A stretch of DNA of 43,266 nt. Origin: Bodo saltans (Eukaryota). The translations under genes and the position numbers were made by a program. The notes below the pieces were generated by a model, which was not told the DNA's origin, ran no database searches, and saw only the letters and a program-made list of their open reading frames with translations. The DNA lies in assembly GCA_001460835.1 (NCBI GenBank), contig CYKH01000631.1:1-43266 (forward strand). The letters are read 5' to 3'. Shown one piece after another: positions 1 through 10,800 of this stretch; within the stretch, counting starts at the first letter, position 1, and each line of letters opens with the position of its first letter.

Positions 1-206
1 ATGTGCTTAGTCATTCACGACGTGTGCGAAGTGATGTGTGCGCCAAAAGAAGAACATGAAATCAAGAAAACAACTTGGTAATAATGGAGCATAAGAAACA
101 ATCACTTACATCACGTTCTTGAAATCTTGTTTCTTATCATTGTTCGTCAACGTTCCTTTGCCTCTTTTACGCTTTAACGAGCCTAGCATTTACACATCTA
201 TTCTTT

Positions 207-635
207 ATGTTGGAAGAGGACGAAGAGGAGCTCCTTTTGACGACGTCAACTGTGAAAGTCTCCACCACTGTTCCCGTGCTATCTGGCGGAACCAAATTTT
301 CAGGCTCGTCGGTTGTTCTTGACGACGATGACGACGTCACCTTCGTGGCTCCCTCAAAGGCAACACTTCAAAGCACCAGCCTAAAGGCGCAGAGATTTAC
401 TTCCACCACCACTAAAGCGTCCGCTGTTGCTGCCACAAAGGCTTCCACTCTGTCAGCATCGATTGCTTTAGAAACTGCGCAGACAGATATTGACGAAGAG
501 GCAGAACGTCTGCGTGTTGAAGTGCCAAGTGACGTAGATGTGTTAGGCGATCGTGCTGCATTTGCCAATTGGAAAGAACGCCAAGAAAGACGTCGCCTGA
601 TGGGAAGGCTCGTGGGCATCGCGGCTGCTACGTAA
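207..635 (+). CDS. hypothetical small acidic/Ser-Thr-rich protein (weak)
   Basis: ATG-initiated 142-aa ORF on the transcription-unit strand. Low-complexity composition, no recognisable domain. Overlaps antisense ORF 368..742. Confidence 0.25.
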   Translation: MLEEDEEELLLTTSTVKVSTTVPVLSGGTKFSGSSVVLDDDDDVTFVAPSKATLQSTSLKAQRFTSTTTKASAVAATKASTLSASIALETAQTDIDEEAERLRVEVPSDVDVLGDRAAFANWKERQERRRLMGRLVGIAAAT

Positions 636-770
636 ATGAGTTCCCTTTTTGCACAACGAATGACATTTGTATGACCTGACCGCCAGTAACGCGCTTCATT
701 CCTTTGCTTCGATTTTATAGAATTTTCAGAAGGTCCACACAATTGAAGCGGTTTCGCTCTCCCTTCTCCA

Positions 771-786
771 CTCTCTCTCTCTCTCC
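771..786. repeat. (CT)8 dinucleotide polypyrimidine tract
   Basis: Direct reading. Lies 22 bp upstream of ATG 808 and is a candidate splice-acceptor polyPy tract. Confidence 0.7.
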
Positions 787-807
787 GCTATCTCCACACA
801 TACAATA

Positions 808-1686
808 ATGGAGTCCAAACTATTCCACGCAGGTCACCAGGGAGAGGAGGATGGCAGGGATGAGGAAAGGCTCAGTGGTGCATCGGAGGGGTGCTCACAG
901 ACCAACACTCCAGGCTCTACCAACGGGAACCAGATCACTCCACCATCAGTGGCAGTGTCGACTCCAGGCATGATGAGTTTTAATGCTCTTGCCGCCCCGT
1001 TCGTCCCTGCGACTGCAGCACTTGGCCCGTTAAAACCGACTTCAACTGACGGCTCCACTGCGCATGAGGGCTCGCCCGTCTCAGCGTCAACTGCCACGCA
1101 GCGATTCTTTTTTCCAGTGCGCCGCTGGTACTGCCAAGTTGTTGGTCCAGTATTCCTGAAGCCCTTGGACGAGGATCAATGGAAAGAGGAGCTTGAGCGC
1201 ATGACGCAAGTGCACGTGTCAGCGGTGGCTGTCAACCCGACAGACGGGCTTCGTGCATGCATCACGCTATCCTCGACCTCTGAGTCTTTAGCGCTGTACA
1301 ACGGCAGGAACATGATCTCAAAGAACGGTACGTGGACTCTCATCGCCGAGCGTTTGGTGCCAATTATCTTGACCGACACAACAACGGCAACCGCATCACA
1401 TGGAGATGGAAGTTCAGAAGCAAAGGTGTGGGATCACAGCCGTGCAGCGCTACAACAGCTGAGCAGCATCATGGGTTGTGATGTGTTCCCCCATGAAGGG
1501 GACGATGATCTGAGCACCGATGCCCGGCGGCTGGTGGTCGACGTGCGGGAGGGTGACGCTGCCTATGCGTTGGAATGGGACGGTGGGCTGGCCAGATCTG
1601 CACAGCATGGCGGGGGTATTGTGATTGGCGACAGTGTGCGAGTGGAACGGGCTGTACGAGCAGCGCCGACGCTCCCAGCTGCGTGA
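808..1686 (+). CDS. hypothetical protein
   Basis: 292-aa ATG ORF preceded by a (CT)n polypyrimidine tract at 771..786. Coding strand consistent with neighbours. No domain recognised. Confidence 0.45.
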   Translation: MESKLFHAGHQGEEDGRDEERLSGASEGCSQTNTPGSTNGNQITPPSVAVSTPGMMSFNALAAPFVPATAALGPLKPTSTDGSTAHEGSPVSASTATQRFFFPVRRWYCQVVGPVFLKPLDEDQWKEELERMTQVHVSAVAVNPTDGLRACITLSSTSESLALYNGRNMISKNGTWTLIAERLVPIILTDTTTATASHGDGSSEAKVWDHSRAALQQLSSIMGCDVFPHEGDDDLSTDARRLVVDVREGDAAYALEWDGGLARSAQHGGGIVIGDSVRVERAVRAAPTLPAA

Positions 1687-1977
1687 ATTGTTCAAGCAGA
1701 TTCAACCGAAAAGAATGTTGATGCGTTTGTAAGAGAATACACACGGAAGCGTGCTAAAGCAGCTTTAGCAACAGAGTATCTAAAATTATTTCTTGATTTC
1801 TTTTTTCTTCACTTCTTGATGACTCCAAAATCTGATCTGTCCATTCAGTACATAAGCAGCGCAAATTGATGGTGAGAGGGTTTGCTGTGAAATAACCCTA
1901 AACGAATTATTCTCTCACGGTTTGCCTCTTCTTTCTTTCTTGACTGATATGAGAACGACTTGGTCTCTTTAGGAATT

Positions 1978-2394
1978 ATGTGTACTGCCTCTACGGTGCT
2001 GGAAAGTCTTTTCACCGACGCAGACTTCTGCTTTGTTGGGCGAGATCTGCGTTTGTATGCCTGTTGGTGTCCGTTCTCAACCTGCGTCGGGTCGCGCTGC
2101 GAATTTACGCCCCTGACGATGGTGCTGGCGGTGATCGTTTCTATTATCGGCGTAGCGGCTGCGGCAACGTATATTTTGGCCAGCAGCGCATTGAATGACG
2201 TGCAAGCGAAGCACGATGCAGAAAATGCCATTGGCACTCACCATTACCGTGATGTGTTGTTTGGTGTGTACCAGGCAAGCAGTGAGGCAGGTCACCCACA
2301 GCAGCAGCTGCCGCCCCCCGCAGCAGCAGCTAGGGAGACCACACAACTCTTATCTGCCTCTCAGAAGGCAACAAAAGGCGGCGGCACTTTTTGA
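1978..2394 (+). CDS. hypothetical small membrane protein (one predicted TM, 'MVLAVIVSIIGVAAAATYILA')
   Basis: Track ORF 1960 starts at TTG and was trimmed to the first ATG at 1978. One hydrophobic helix. Weak support. Confidence 0.25.
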   Translation: MCTASTVLESLFTDADFCFVGRDLRLYACWCPFSTCVGSRCEFTPLTMVLAVIVSIIGVAAAATYILASSALNDVQAKHDAENAIGTHHYRDVLFGVYQASSEAGHPQQQLPPPAAAARETTQLLSASQKATKGGGTF

Positions 2395-2556
2395 GCCACT
2401 TTGAAACGCGAGTGTATGTGATGATTTTGTGGTGATTTCGTTTGGTGGCGCTGGCGATGTTGTCCATGACGTTCTTTTTCAATTCGCTGTAATATTATTT
2501 TGTCATTTTTTTTTTTTGCGAGCAGAAAAGAAATATATCACGCATCAGCCGACAAG

Positions 2557-4278
2557 ATGAGACGATCTGCCCACTCCTCAATATCGTCGAGAGACGACTC
2601 ATCTGACGACTGGCGTCTCAATTCCTCGCTGAGCTCCTCCCTCAGCTCCTCTGCGTCGTCGAGCGATGACAGCGACGACGACAGTGCGAGCGACCTGAGC
2701 AGCCATATCTGCGCCACACTTGCACCAGTGATCGGGCGCACAGACGTCACAAGCAGTCCCAATAAATCTAGAGCAGCGAGGTATGTGGACCCACAAGACA
2801 CAAGCACTCCCTTCTCAAACTTATGGAGGACGCCTACTTCCTCATCACCAGGCGCATCTACTTCTCCTCCAACATCGCCAGTAGAACAGATTCATTCTCA
2901 TCGAGCTAGCATCGAAGCAGGCTTCATGGATACACATACTGTAGCTGCCACTGCTGCTGCTGCAGTTCAACACCGACCCAAAGCATCCACTCAAACGTCG
3001 CATCTTTTGTTGCGTCTTACACCAGAAGTTGTTCGGCTTGTCTGCTCATACTTGCCAACAGTGACGATTCTTCAACATGTCGTGCCGATTTGCAAATCTA
3101 TTTACGCTGCTCTAGGTGGTGGTGCCAGAAGCAACCCTCAAATCGCGAAGCATTTCTGGGAGCAGCGATGGTCGGCGTCGTACGTGAATGTGCTGCCACC
3201 CAGAATATACTCGCTGAATCGGCTCGTTGCTCGAGACCCTTCGGGGTCGCCTGTGATTGCCCACCTTCAACGTTTTGTTGTGAATGGTAGTAGTACAAGC
3301 TTTCCCTCTGAAAATGTTGCAATTGATCAGCATCAGCGCGTGCAGCATTATCTCGACGTTCGTGGCGGCAGCCTTGTCATGTCATCCGAGCCGTCACGAC
3401 TAAAGGTGATTCGTATCACAGACAGCGAGCCCCATCCTCCAGACACAGAGTCTCTGGCAATGCTTGCTGACCAGGTTGCCTCAGCCCTGCAGTGGTGCTA
3501 CCTGAACGGTTATGCTACGCCTCAGCAGAAGGTTTTGGAAGAGTCGCTCAATTTTCGCACGTCGGTTGGTATGGGCACTGCTACTCCAGAGAGGCCTGGC
3601 TTTGGTGTGATTCTGCCCATGTATCACCACGTCGTTGTACGAGGGCACGGCGACAGCGCACTGAAGTTGGAGGAGGATTGCAGGCAGATGGGCTACTCGT
3701 CACCGCCCACCGTTGCTGACCAGTCGGATTCTAGCATCACGAGACCCGTCCGGCCGTATTATCGCCTCCAAGACTTACAAATGTATTGGTGGATGTTAGA
3801 GCGCACTCTTCTCTCCGATGTGAAACACTACGCCTGGTTTGAGGAGACCAAATTGGCAGCCTGCGCTACGATCCTGAGCCCAATCGGCGGTCATGCTGCC
3901 GAGGTCCGTTTTTACGCGGGATCCCTTCAGGGATCTATCCCAAGGTTCTACGTCAAGTGCGTCATGGCACCCGCCACCTCGTTGCCTAGTGAAGACATTG
4001 TCGACAATTTCCAAGATGCCGCGGAACTCTTTTGCGGTGGTTTTGGACGTGTGGAAGTTGATGTAGCGCCCCGTGTCAGACGAGCGCACTTTGAGGAGTT
4101 GCGTGATGCGTTAGGGCTGCATCCTACGTTTCCCTTGACACTTCTGTGGAACGTAGTGTGCGGCGCAACGGGATGCGTCGCGACCATCGCGAAGCAGAAC
4201 AACAGCTTTTTGATGTCGTTTGAGCGACAAACATTTGCAGATGTGGCCGCTGCAGTGTTGAAAGACGAGACCACGTGA
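2557..4278 (+). CDS. hypothetical protein with acidic Ser/Asp-rich N-terminus (CK2-like sites) and an F-box-like helix ('LTPEVVRLVCSYLP')
   Basis: Track ORF starts at TTG 2500 and reads through a T12 tract. First ATG is at 2557. Long intact ORF of 573 aa. Confidence 0.5.
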   Translation: MRRSAHSSISSRDDSSDDWRLNSSLSSSLSSSASSSDDSDDDSASDLSSHICATLAPVIGRTDVTSSPNKSRAARYVDPQDTSTPFSNLWRTPTSSSPGASTSPPTSPVEQIHSHRASIEAGFMDTHTVAATAAAAVQHRPKASTQTSHLLLRLTPEVVRLVCSYLPTVTILQHVVPICKSIYAALGGGARSNPQIAKHFWEQRWSASYVNVLPPRIYSLNRLVARDPSGSPVIAHLQRFVVNGSSTSFPSENVAIDQHQRVQHYLDVRGGSLVMSSEPSRLKVIRITDSEPHPPDTESLAMLADQVASALQWCYLNGYATPQQKVLEESLNFRTSVGMGTATPERPGFGVILPMYHHVVVRGHGDSALKLEEDCRQMGYSSPPTVADQSDSSITRPVRPYYRLQDLQMYWWMLERTLLSDVKHYAWFEETKLAACATILSPIGGHAAEVRFYAGSLQGSIPRFYVKCVMAPATSLPSEDIVDNFQDAAELFCGGFGRVEVDVAPRVRRAHFEELRDALGLHPTFPLTLLWNVVCGATGCVATIAKQNNSFLMSFERQTFADVAAAVLKDETT

Positions 4279-4474
4279 GCGCCTAGTGCGCCGCAAGTGT
4301 GGCCACACATGCGAACCGATATGATGAGAAGTAGAACGACACAACTCTTTTGCTTTGCTCCTCTCCGCAAACTTCACGTCAAGGTATCCGAAGGGCCGTC
4401 GAATGTTCGTTTTCTGATGATGTTTCTGTATTTCCATTGTTCTCTCGTGTAGGATATTAAACAGACAAGTTTCG

Positions 4475-6796
4475 ATGCAACACAGCGGTAACGAGGCAGC
4501 TAGCGGTAAGCCTACTGCTACTGCGCCATTTCGCGACATGGATCCCGAAGCCAAGCAGCTGTTTCGCCGCAAAGAGCGCGACGCTAAGAAAGATCGTGAG
4601 CGGACGTTGAGCTACTTCCAGGCGGCGAAGACTGCGTTGGACGACGCTGTCCGTGAGAGCTTAGACACGTCGATGGTGTCAGGCATTGTGGACGGTCTTT
4701 TCTCGGAGTTGTTGAAAAAGTTGCGTGATGATCCCCATCTGTACCTCCTACGCAATGGTACTGTGTGCCGGGCCATTGAAGCTGCCGTGCTGCACAACGT
4801 CAACCTCTTGCACACAAAGACGACCCTCTACCAGCTGCTAGGAAAGATGGATGAATTGGCGCAGTCCCCCACAGCAAGCTTCGTCCTCGAGGCACTTCTT
4901 AACAACCTTTCGATGCTGCTTGCATTGGACGAGAGCTCTACAGTCGATCCATCCATGTTTGAGAAGGTCGAGAGTGAAGTTGATCCCGACGGTGCAGGCT
5001 CTCACCCTGGAAGTGGGCTGCCAAATGCCTTCGTGCTGTTGGAACGTGTGGAGGGCGAGGTGAAGGATCAGCTGGACGTGCTTCTGATGCACAACGCAGG
5101 CAGTCGTGTTGTGCGAGCGTTGGCGTTGGTTCTTGCTGGACTCCCACCGACCCTTAAGAGCGAAGAGAAGGTGCCGCTTACCTCCACTGCTCAGCGGCCT
5201 GTCTTTGAGGATCTGCTGACCCATTTCACTCAGGCTATTTTAGACTCTGTCGAGCGGGTCTTCATGCCTGAATCTGAAGTCCAGGCCCCTAGGCGTGCTG
5301 ATGCGTGGGTGGCTGCAGCGTCCTGTACCTCAGCGAGCCTGGTGATCCAAACATTGCTTCGCTGTGGCGCTGTGTCCGACGTCAATGCCCTCCTTCGTAA
5401 AAAGTTCGAATCACTGACGTTGCGCAGCGGTGACGTGAAGACGCCGCTGCTGGCGCACCTTATGCGTGATGCTCTTGGATCTCATGTGTTTCAGGCATAC
5501 CTTAAGATGCCACCAACGCCAACGGAACAGGCAACACTCGCACGTGCCTCGGAGGAAGCAACAAGTGCAGCTGAAGCATTTGTGCGCGAACTGGAGAAGA
5601 AAACGCCCAAGTCTTCTGATGCTAGCGCTGCTTCGGTGGAGCCATGGTGGACGACAGTCCGCCGTGACCACGACGAACTGCTTCGCACTCCATGGGACGT
5701 TGCCCTCAACTACGTCATGTCCGTGTTGGACTCTGAGCTGCTGTGCGACGGTAGTGAGGAGGTTCGTCAGGCCTCATTTGTTCTGCAGGATCTGGCCACC
5801 TACAGCCCATCCCTGCTTCACCTTGGCTTATTCTACGGCGAAGTGCTCGCGCCTAGACTCCAGCTGTTTGTGGACCTCCCGGCGCTCACAGCTGTGCTCC
5901 TTCGTTTCTCGCGTAAGTGCGCCTACGACGGGGGCCTTCAAGTAAAGCGAACGGCCGCCCTGGCAGCCGCTGACCCTCGGTCGGCAGCAAGCAGCAGTTC
6001 CTCTGCCGGCCTTGCGTCGGATGTCGTAGAGCGGGACATTCGTGCAGGTGCCAAATATTTCTCGTGCCCAGTGGAGTTCCGCAAGTCTGTCTCCTCCACT
6101 CTCGTCAACATTTTCAAACCGCTGCACGCCAAAGGTGTGTGGCAAGCACTCCTCGTGGATCAATTGTTGGGTGAGCACGTAGGGTTTGAGATTGTGGAGA
6201 ACCTTTTGCTCTTTGGCCCAGTTGCCTCATCGATGCTGCTCAATGCGTTGGACAAGTTAAACGTGGAAGATCTCAAGACCGTCGCCACTCATGCACAAGG
6301 ATCCTTCTGTTTGCAGCAATGGATTAAGACAGCAGCACTACAGCAGCCCTCAAATAACAAGAGTAAAGACTCCAAGGAGAACAAAGGACCACAGGATCTT
6401 CTCGCGGTTCGCAGATTAGGTCGGCGAGTTCAGCCGTTGGCGGAAGCACTCGCGGGAGATAAGTACGGATGCCACGTGCTGGAGTGCCTCTTTGACGCAT
6501 CTCCCATTGACCTCAAGGAGACGCTCGTGCAGCAACTGATCCCTTTGTTTCACAAACACAAAGAAGCCCAAAAAGCACCAGCACTTCGCAAGCGTGAACG
6601 AGACGAGGACGGCACTGCTGAGGAGGAAGAGTTTGTGCTGCCGGAGGGTTCTACGTTATTTTATCAGTCAAAGGTGTTCACAAAGTTGTGCGTCGAGCAG
6701 TACCTCCACCGTGTGGAAGAGTGGAGAAATCATGTCGCTAAGGTCCAGCACGTCCAGCGGCTTATGTCCCGAATCCTGTCTGCAACCAACGCGTAA
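4475..6796 (+). CDS. PUF/Nop9-like helical-repeat RNA-binding protein (putative)
   Basis: Recurrent divergent Pumilio-like repeat cores ('GSRVVRALALVL', 'GSHVFQAYLK', 'GCHVLECLFDAS', 'GSFCLQQWIK') and a basic/acidic C-terminal tail. 773 aa. Confidence 0.4.
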   Translation: MQHSGNEAASGKPTATAPFRDMDPEAKQLFRRKERDAKKDRERTLSYFQAAKTALDDAVRESLDTSMVSGIVDGLFSELLKKLRDDPHLYLLRNGTVCRAIEAAVLHNVNLLHTKTTLYQLLGKMDELAQSPTASFVLEALLNNLSMLLALDESSTVDPSMFEKVESEVDPDGAGSHPGSGLPNAFVLLERVEGEVKDQLDVLLMHNAGSRVVRALALVLAGLPPTLKSEEKVPLTSTAQRPVFEDLLTHFTQAILDSVERVFMPESEVQAPRRADAWVAAASCTSASLVIQTLLRCGAVSDVNALLRKKFESLTLRSGDVKTPLLAHLMRDALGSHVFQAYLKMPPTPTEQATLARASEEATSAAEAFVRELEKKTPKSSDASAASVEPWWTTVRRDHDELLRTPWDVALNYVMSVLDSELLCDGSEEVRQASFVLQDLATYSPSLLHLGLFYGEVLAPRLQLFVDLPALTAVLLRFSRKCAYDGGLQVKRTAALAAADPRSAASSSSSAGLASDVVERDIRAGAKYFSCPVEFRKSVSSTLVNIFKPLHAKGVWQALLVDQLLGEHVGFEIVENLLLFGPVASSMLLNALDKLNVEDLKTVATHAQGSFCLQQWIKTAALQQPSNNKSKDSKENKGPQDLLAVRRLGRRVQPLAEALAGDKYGCHVLECLFDASPIDLKETLVQQLIPLFHKHKEAQKAPALRKRERDEDGTAEEEEFVLPEGSTLFYQSKVFTKLCVEQYLHRVEEWRNHVAKVQHVQRLMSRILSATNA

Positions 6797-6992
6797 CGCG
6801 CAGCGAGTAAATACAACGACAACATCAACGGTTAATCTACGAAGGGGACTTTATGAGTGAAGGCACGCTAATTGCATTTTATTGTGGACAGAGTGAACAA
6901 TGTGATCTTATTCTGGGAACAATGGTTTCATCGTGATATTTTTTTTTTCCTTTCTTCTTAACATTGCCACACATACAAGTCACCTAACATCG

Positions 6993-7679
6993 ATGGACAA
7001 CGGGGCGTCATTAATTTCATCGTCTTCTTCTCAATACGACGAACTATTTCGTCGTATTCACGAGCTCGACCAGAAACTGCAGTACATCGAGCGGAGAGCA
7101 CAAGACTCAACACGCCATACGTCCACACAATTATCGAGCATCGAGGGCGCAGCCCACAACTGTGCATCAACCGTAGCAAATGTGGAACTGAAAGCGGCTA
7201 AGGATATTGAGCGGTTGGAGGGCGACTTACAGGAAATGATTCAGCGAGAATCACAAGCCCGTGTGGACTCGGAATCTCGTCTAAAGAAAATTCTTGCGGA
7301 TGAAGTTGCAGCTGTGCGGTCATCTTTCTTAACGCAGGAACATCAGCGAGCCACCCAAGCTCAAGCATGGCTGCACCAATCCACAGAACTGGCGGATACT
7401 CTGCGAAGTAAAATGGACGCCACCTTTGACCATGTTCAACATCAAGTCGACGAGGTGGCTTCCGTCATCACTGACGAAGCTCGTCGTGTGGAGACGGTAC
7501 TCTCTCGGCACCAATCTGCACGGGAGGAGGCGGAAATGCAACTTCTGCGTGTGCTTGAAGACTCGTGCGTGCAACTGCATCAGGAAATTGTGCAGGAACG
7601 GTTAGAGCGAGTGGAAAGCCACAAGAGGCTAGAAAGACTTCTACTAGAGACTGTGAACAAAACATGGACGCGAACGTAG
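6993..7679 (+). CDS. coiled-coil protein (hypothetical)
   Basis: Track ORF starts at GTG 6933 inside a T/C tract. First ATG is at 6993 (MDNGASL...). Heptad-rich, E/R/Q/L-rich sequence. Confidence 0.45.
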   Translation: MDNGASLISSSSSQYDELFRRIHELDQKLQYIERRAQDSTRHTSTQLSSIEGAAHNCASTVANVELKAAKDIERLEGDLQEMIQRESQARVDSESRLKKILADEVAAVRSSFLTQEHQRATQAQAWLHQSTELADTLRSKMDATFDHVQHQVDEVASVITDEARRVETVLSRHQSAREEAEMQLLRVLEDSCVQLHQEIVQERLERVESHKRLERLLLETVNKTWTRT

Positions 7680-7882
7680 CCAAGAGAGACCTAGTCCTTA
7701 CTCGCGATTCCCAAGATTGTACAACGTAAAACACTTGATTGTTGATACCCTTTGCACTATGGTGTGCGACTTCCTTTCTTCTTAACAAAATGCCGTACCT
7801 TATCTCCCGTCAGCATCACAACAAAAGGTAGTAGATAAAGAACAATCCGACCCGTACCGAAAACAACGACAACACAAAGTAG

Positions 7883-10800
7883 ATGGCAACATTAGATCCC
7901 AGTGCTCTTGAAGAGTACACGAACCGAAACGGCACTGGTGGCGTTGACAGGCGTCGCACTTCCAACGAAAAGTTTATTGTCCTCTCACAGTACAAGACGT
8001 TTTGCGCCGAGGCGGGCTGCCGTGCGAATTCTGCTGTGGTTCGATTTCTTGAGAGTGTCCCAAGCGATAAGCCGCTGACGGAGATTGCGTTCCAGAACTT
8101 CTACTTGGGCCCTAAGGGCTTCACTCCTGTCCTTGAGCTGATTCAAGTCAACCAAACAATTGAAGTCATTGACCTCCGCGGCAATGGTCTTGACAATGCG
8201 GCCATCCAGGGACTCTGTGGCGTACTCGAGAAGCACTTGGGTGTCCGCTCCCTTTACATTGGGGGTAACCCCATCTCGGTGGACGGTGGCAAGTACGTCA
8301 TGTATCTCTTAGAACACAACCGCCGCATCACTGCCATTGATGTTTCCGAGACGAATGTGTACGAGTCGATGTCCACGCGCATGGATATGCAAGTGTCCGC
8401 AAATCGTGAAGCGGAGCTGTCTGGCGTGACACTCGTGCCGTCGAAGCCGTCTGGCGTTCGGAATGGGTCTGCGACGCCAAGCACTGCCCATGCACTCGTC
8501 GCCACCGCTCGCAACTCGAAGCCTGAAATCACTCTGCTTGACAAAGCATCGCTAGAAGAGACACCGCGCCGAGGTGGGCAGGCAGGCAAAGCTTCCCCGC
8601 AGAAGCGTAGATTATCCCCGCACAAAGGTGCAGCTACCTCAGGCAACACGATGGAAGATGTCGCCAACACGCAGGCTGGCGCACCAAAGCCACGCCCTCC
8701 CCCACCAGCCCTTGTCTCTCGCGAGACATCGCGATGGACAGAGAAGCAACGCCAAGATATGCTCGAGAAGTACCAAGAACGTTCAAAGATGTATCATCAG
8801 GTGGTGCGAAGCGATGCGAGCCGCGCTGCCGATCGTGCACGTGAAGAGCTCATGAAGATCGAGCAGGGCAGCGTGGTAGATGCCCAGCACGCAGTCAAGA
8901 GAGCGGACGTTGCACGAAGTCGCATTGACCGCGTGTCCCCAGGGCCCGCCGGTCCCAGTCACGAAGAGGCCGCACCTCGCCCCACCATCACAACACCGAA
9001 GGTTCAGCACCACACAACTCGCAAGTCAGTGTATGATAGTGATCATAGCTCCCTCGATGCGCCGTCAGCGGTGCGCTGGTCCGTCAGCGAGCTCCCGGCG
9101 CACGACGAAGACTACGAAGATGAGGAAGAAGTTGCACGAGTTCGCCGCTCTACCCTCATCAACGAAGCTCAACGTGTCGATGAAACTCTGCAGGATGATG
9201 ACGATGACGAAGGCAAAGCTGCACGCCTTGTACTTCAGCCCATTACCCTCACTCGTGACGAGCAGTTCAAGGAGCTATTCACCAAAGGATGCCAGCAGTA
9301 CAATGACAAACAACTCGATGCCGCCTACTTAACGTGGAACGAAGCGATGGACCTGGCCGTCACCAACAAGAACAGGGAATGGATGTCGGTCATCTCCAAC
9401 AACCTGCAGCGCTTGAGCTACGAAATCCTCGTCGCTGAGGGTGCCACACACTTAGATAATCTCCGATTGGAGGATGCAGACAAGGCGTTCCAGCTTGCCA
9501 TGGATGTGGCCCACAAGGCGAAGAATGCCCAGTGGGAGGGGGAGATGCATCGAGCACGCAAGAATGTTCAGCACGCAGTCTTCCAACGCAGCCACGAAGC
9601 CGCACTCCGACTGTTCGAGAAGGTTCAAAGCACCAAAGAGCAACGTGTCACCAACGACGACCGCTTTACGCTTCCAGGAGATCCACCAGGGAAATTAAGA
9701 GAGTACTCGTCGGAGTTCGTGACGGAGTGGACGAGAATGTTGCTCATTAAAGAAGCACTTGAAATGTGGGCAGATGCCATGATGATGTCCCGCCGCGTGA
9801 GTGGCTCCTCCGGCAAGGTCCTAGGTGAAGTCGTGACCGCTGCGGTGGACTCCGTCTGCACGTACCTTGCAAGGAAGTACTTAGTCCCAGAGCCCAACGG
9901 GAATATTCTGTCGCTTCAACGCACGTCACATTTCTCCTGCCACGAAGGCGTCAAGCTGATTGAGCTGTGGACCGATCTTGTCAGCAAGACGCAGACGGCG
10001 CTCTCTAACCGTACATGGGATGCCATCGGCGCATCCGTCTTAGGCAATTTGTACCTGGCCACCCACCAGCTGCCTCAGGCCCTTCATCAGTTCGACAAAA
10101 TTGTTGACATTGGCACCGACAAGCAAGACGCGCTACTTCTTGGCCTCGGCAACACGTACCTTGGTGTTCTGCATTGGCAACGAAGCAGCAACGCCGTCGC
10201 TGAGAAGTGTTTCCTCTCCGCTATGGAGTACTGGAGGAAGCTGCGGTCATCCTTCGGCGTCCACCGCAACGTAGCAGAGGACCATGAAGGACTTGGTAAC
10301 GTGAGTACGCCCACCTACGATGATCAGGGAGCTTTGACAAACCCCAGTAGCGCTGTTACAGTTGTGAATGGCGGGCGAGAGGACGTCGATGCAACCCAAG
10401 CGGCCTCCTCCCTCAGCGGCAGCATTTCGGTGGAGTACCTCAACGCTATGCTTGGAAAGTGCTTTACGTTCTTGATTAGAATCCTGTTCTCCACGTCACG
10501 CTATCGTGATGCCCTTGAGATGCTAGAGCGTGGGCTGCTGCATCGTTACAAAGATCGTCTCCACGATAAAATGTTGCGCAACTTCACCGCAAAGCCCACA
10601 ATGGACCACATCACTGCCGTTGCTGCGTCGCTTGACTCTCCCTTGGTGTACTACGAAACATCATATCGGTTCGATTGGAACGTGCACGTGGAGGCGTACG
10701 ATGTGTCGCAGCAGTTGATGGTGTGGGTCGTGGTGAAGGAGGGGGAGATGAAGGTGGTGCGCGTCGATGTCACGAATGACTTTGGCGTGGCTTCCATCGA

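Noticed and set aside
119-322. Several track ORFs beginning with 'M' at non-ATG codons (119, 1960, 2500, 6933, 19070, 26518, 30384, 35001, 39336, 40942, 42197)
   Set aside because: Inspection shows TTG/GTG at those coordinates. For a eukaryotic nuclear genome only ATG starts were accepted, and CDS starts were moved to the first in-frame ATG.
368-742. 124-aa minus-strand ORF at the window start
   Set aside because: Antisense to the 207..635 + ORF and against the strand polarity of the whole unit. No features. Both are weak, but + is preferred.
5466-5945. 159-aa + strand ORF in an alternate frame inside the PUF-like gene (also 8880..9332, 18309..18764 partly, 29434..30207)
   Set aside because: Out-of-frame overlaps within longer, better-supported ORFs, with low-complexity R/S/P-rich translations. 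Exception: the last 16 codons of the 18309..18764 frame are the true MVP C-terminus after the frameshift.
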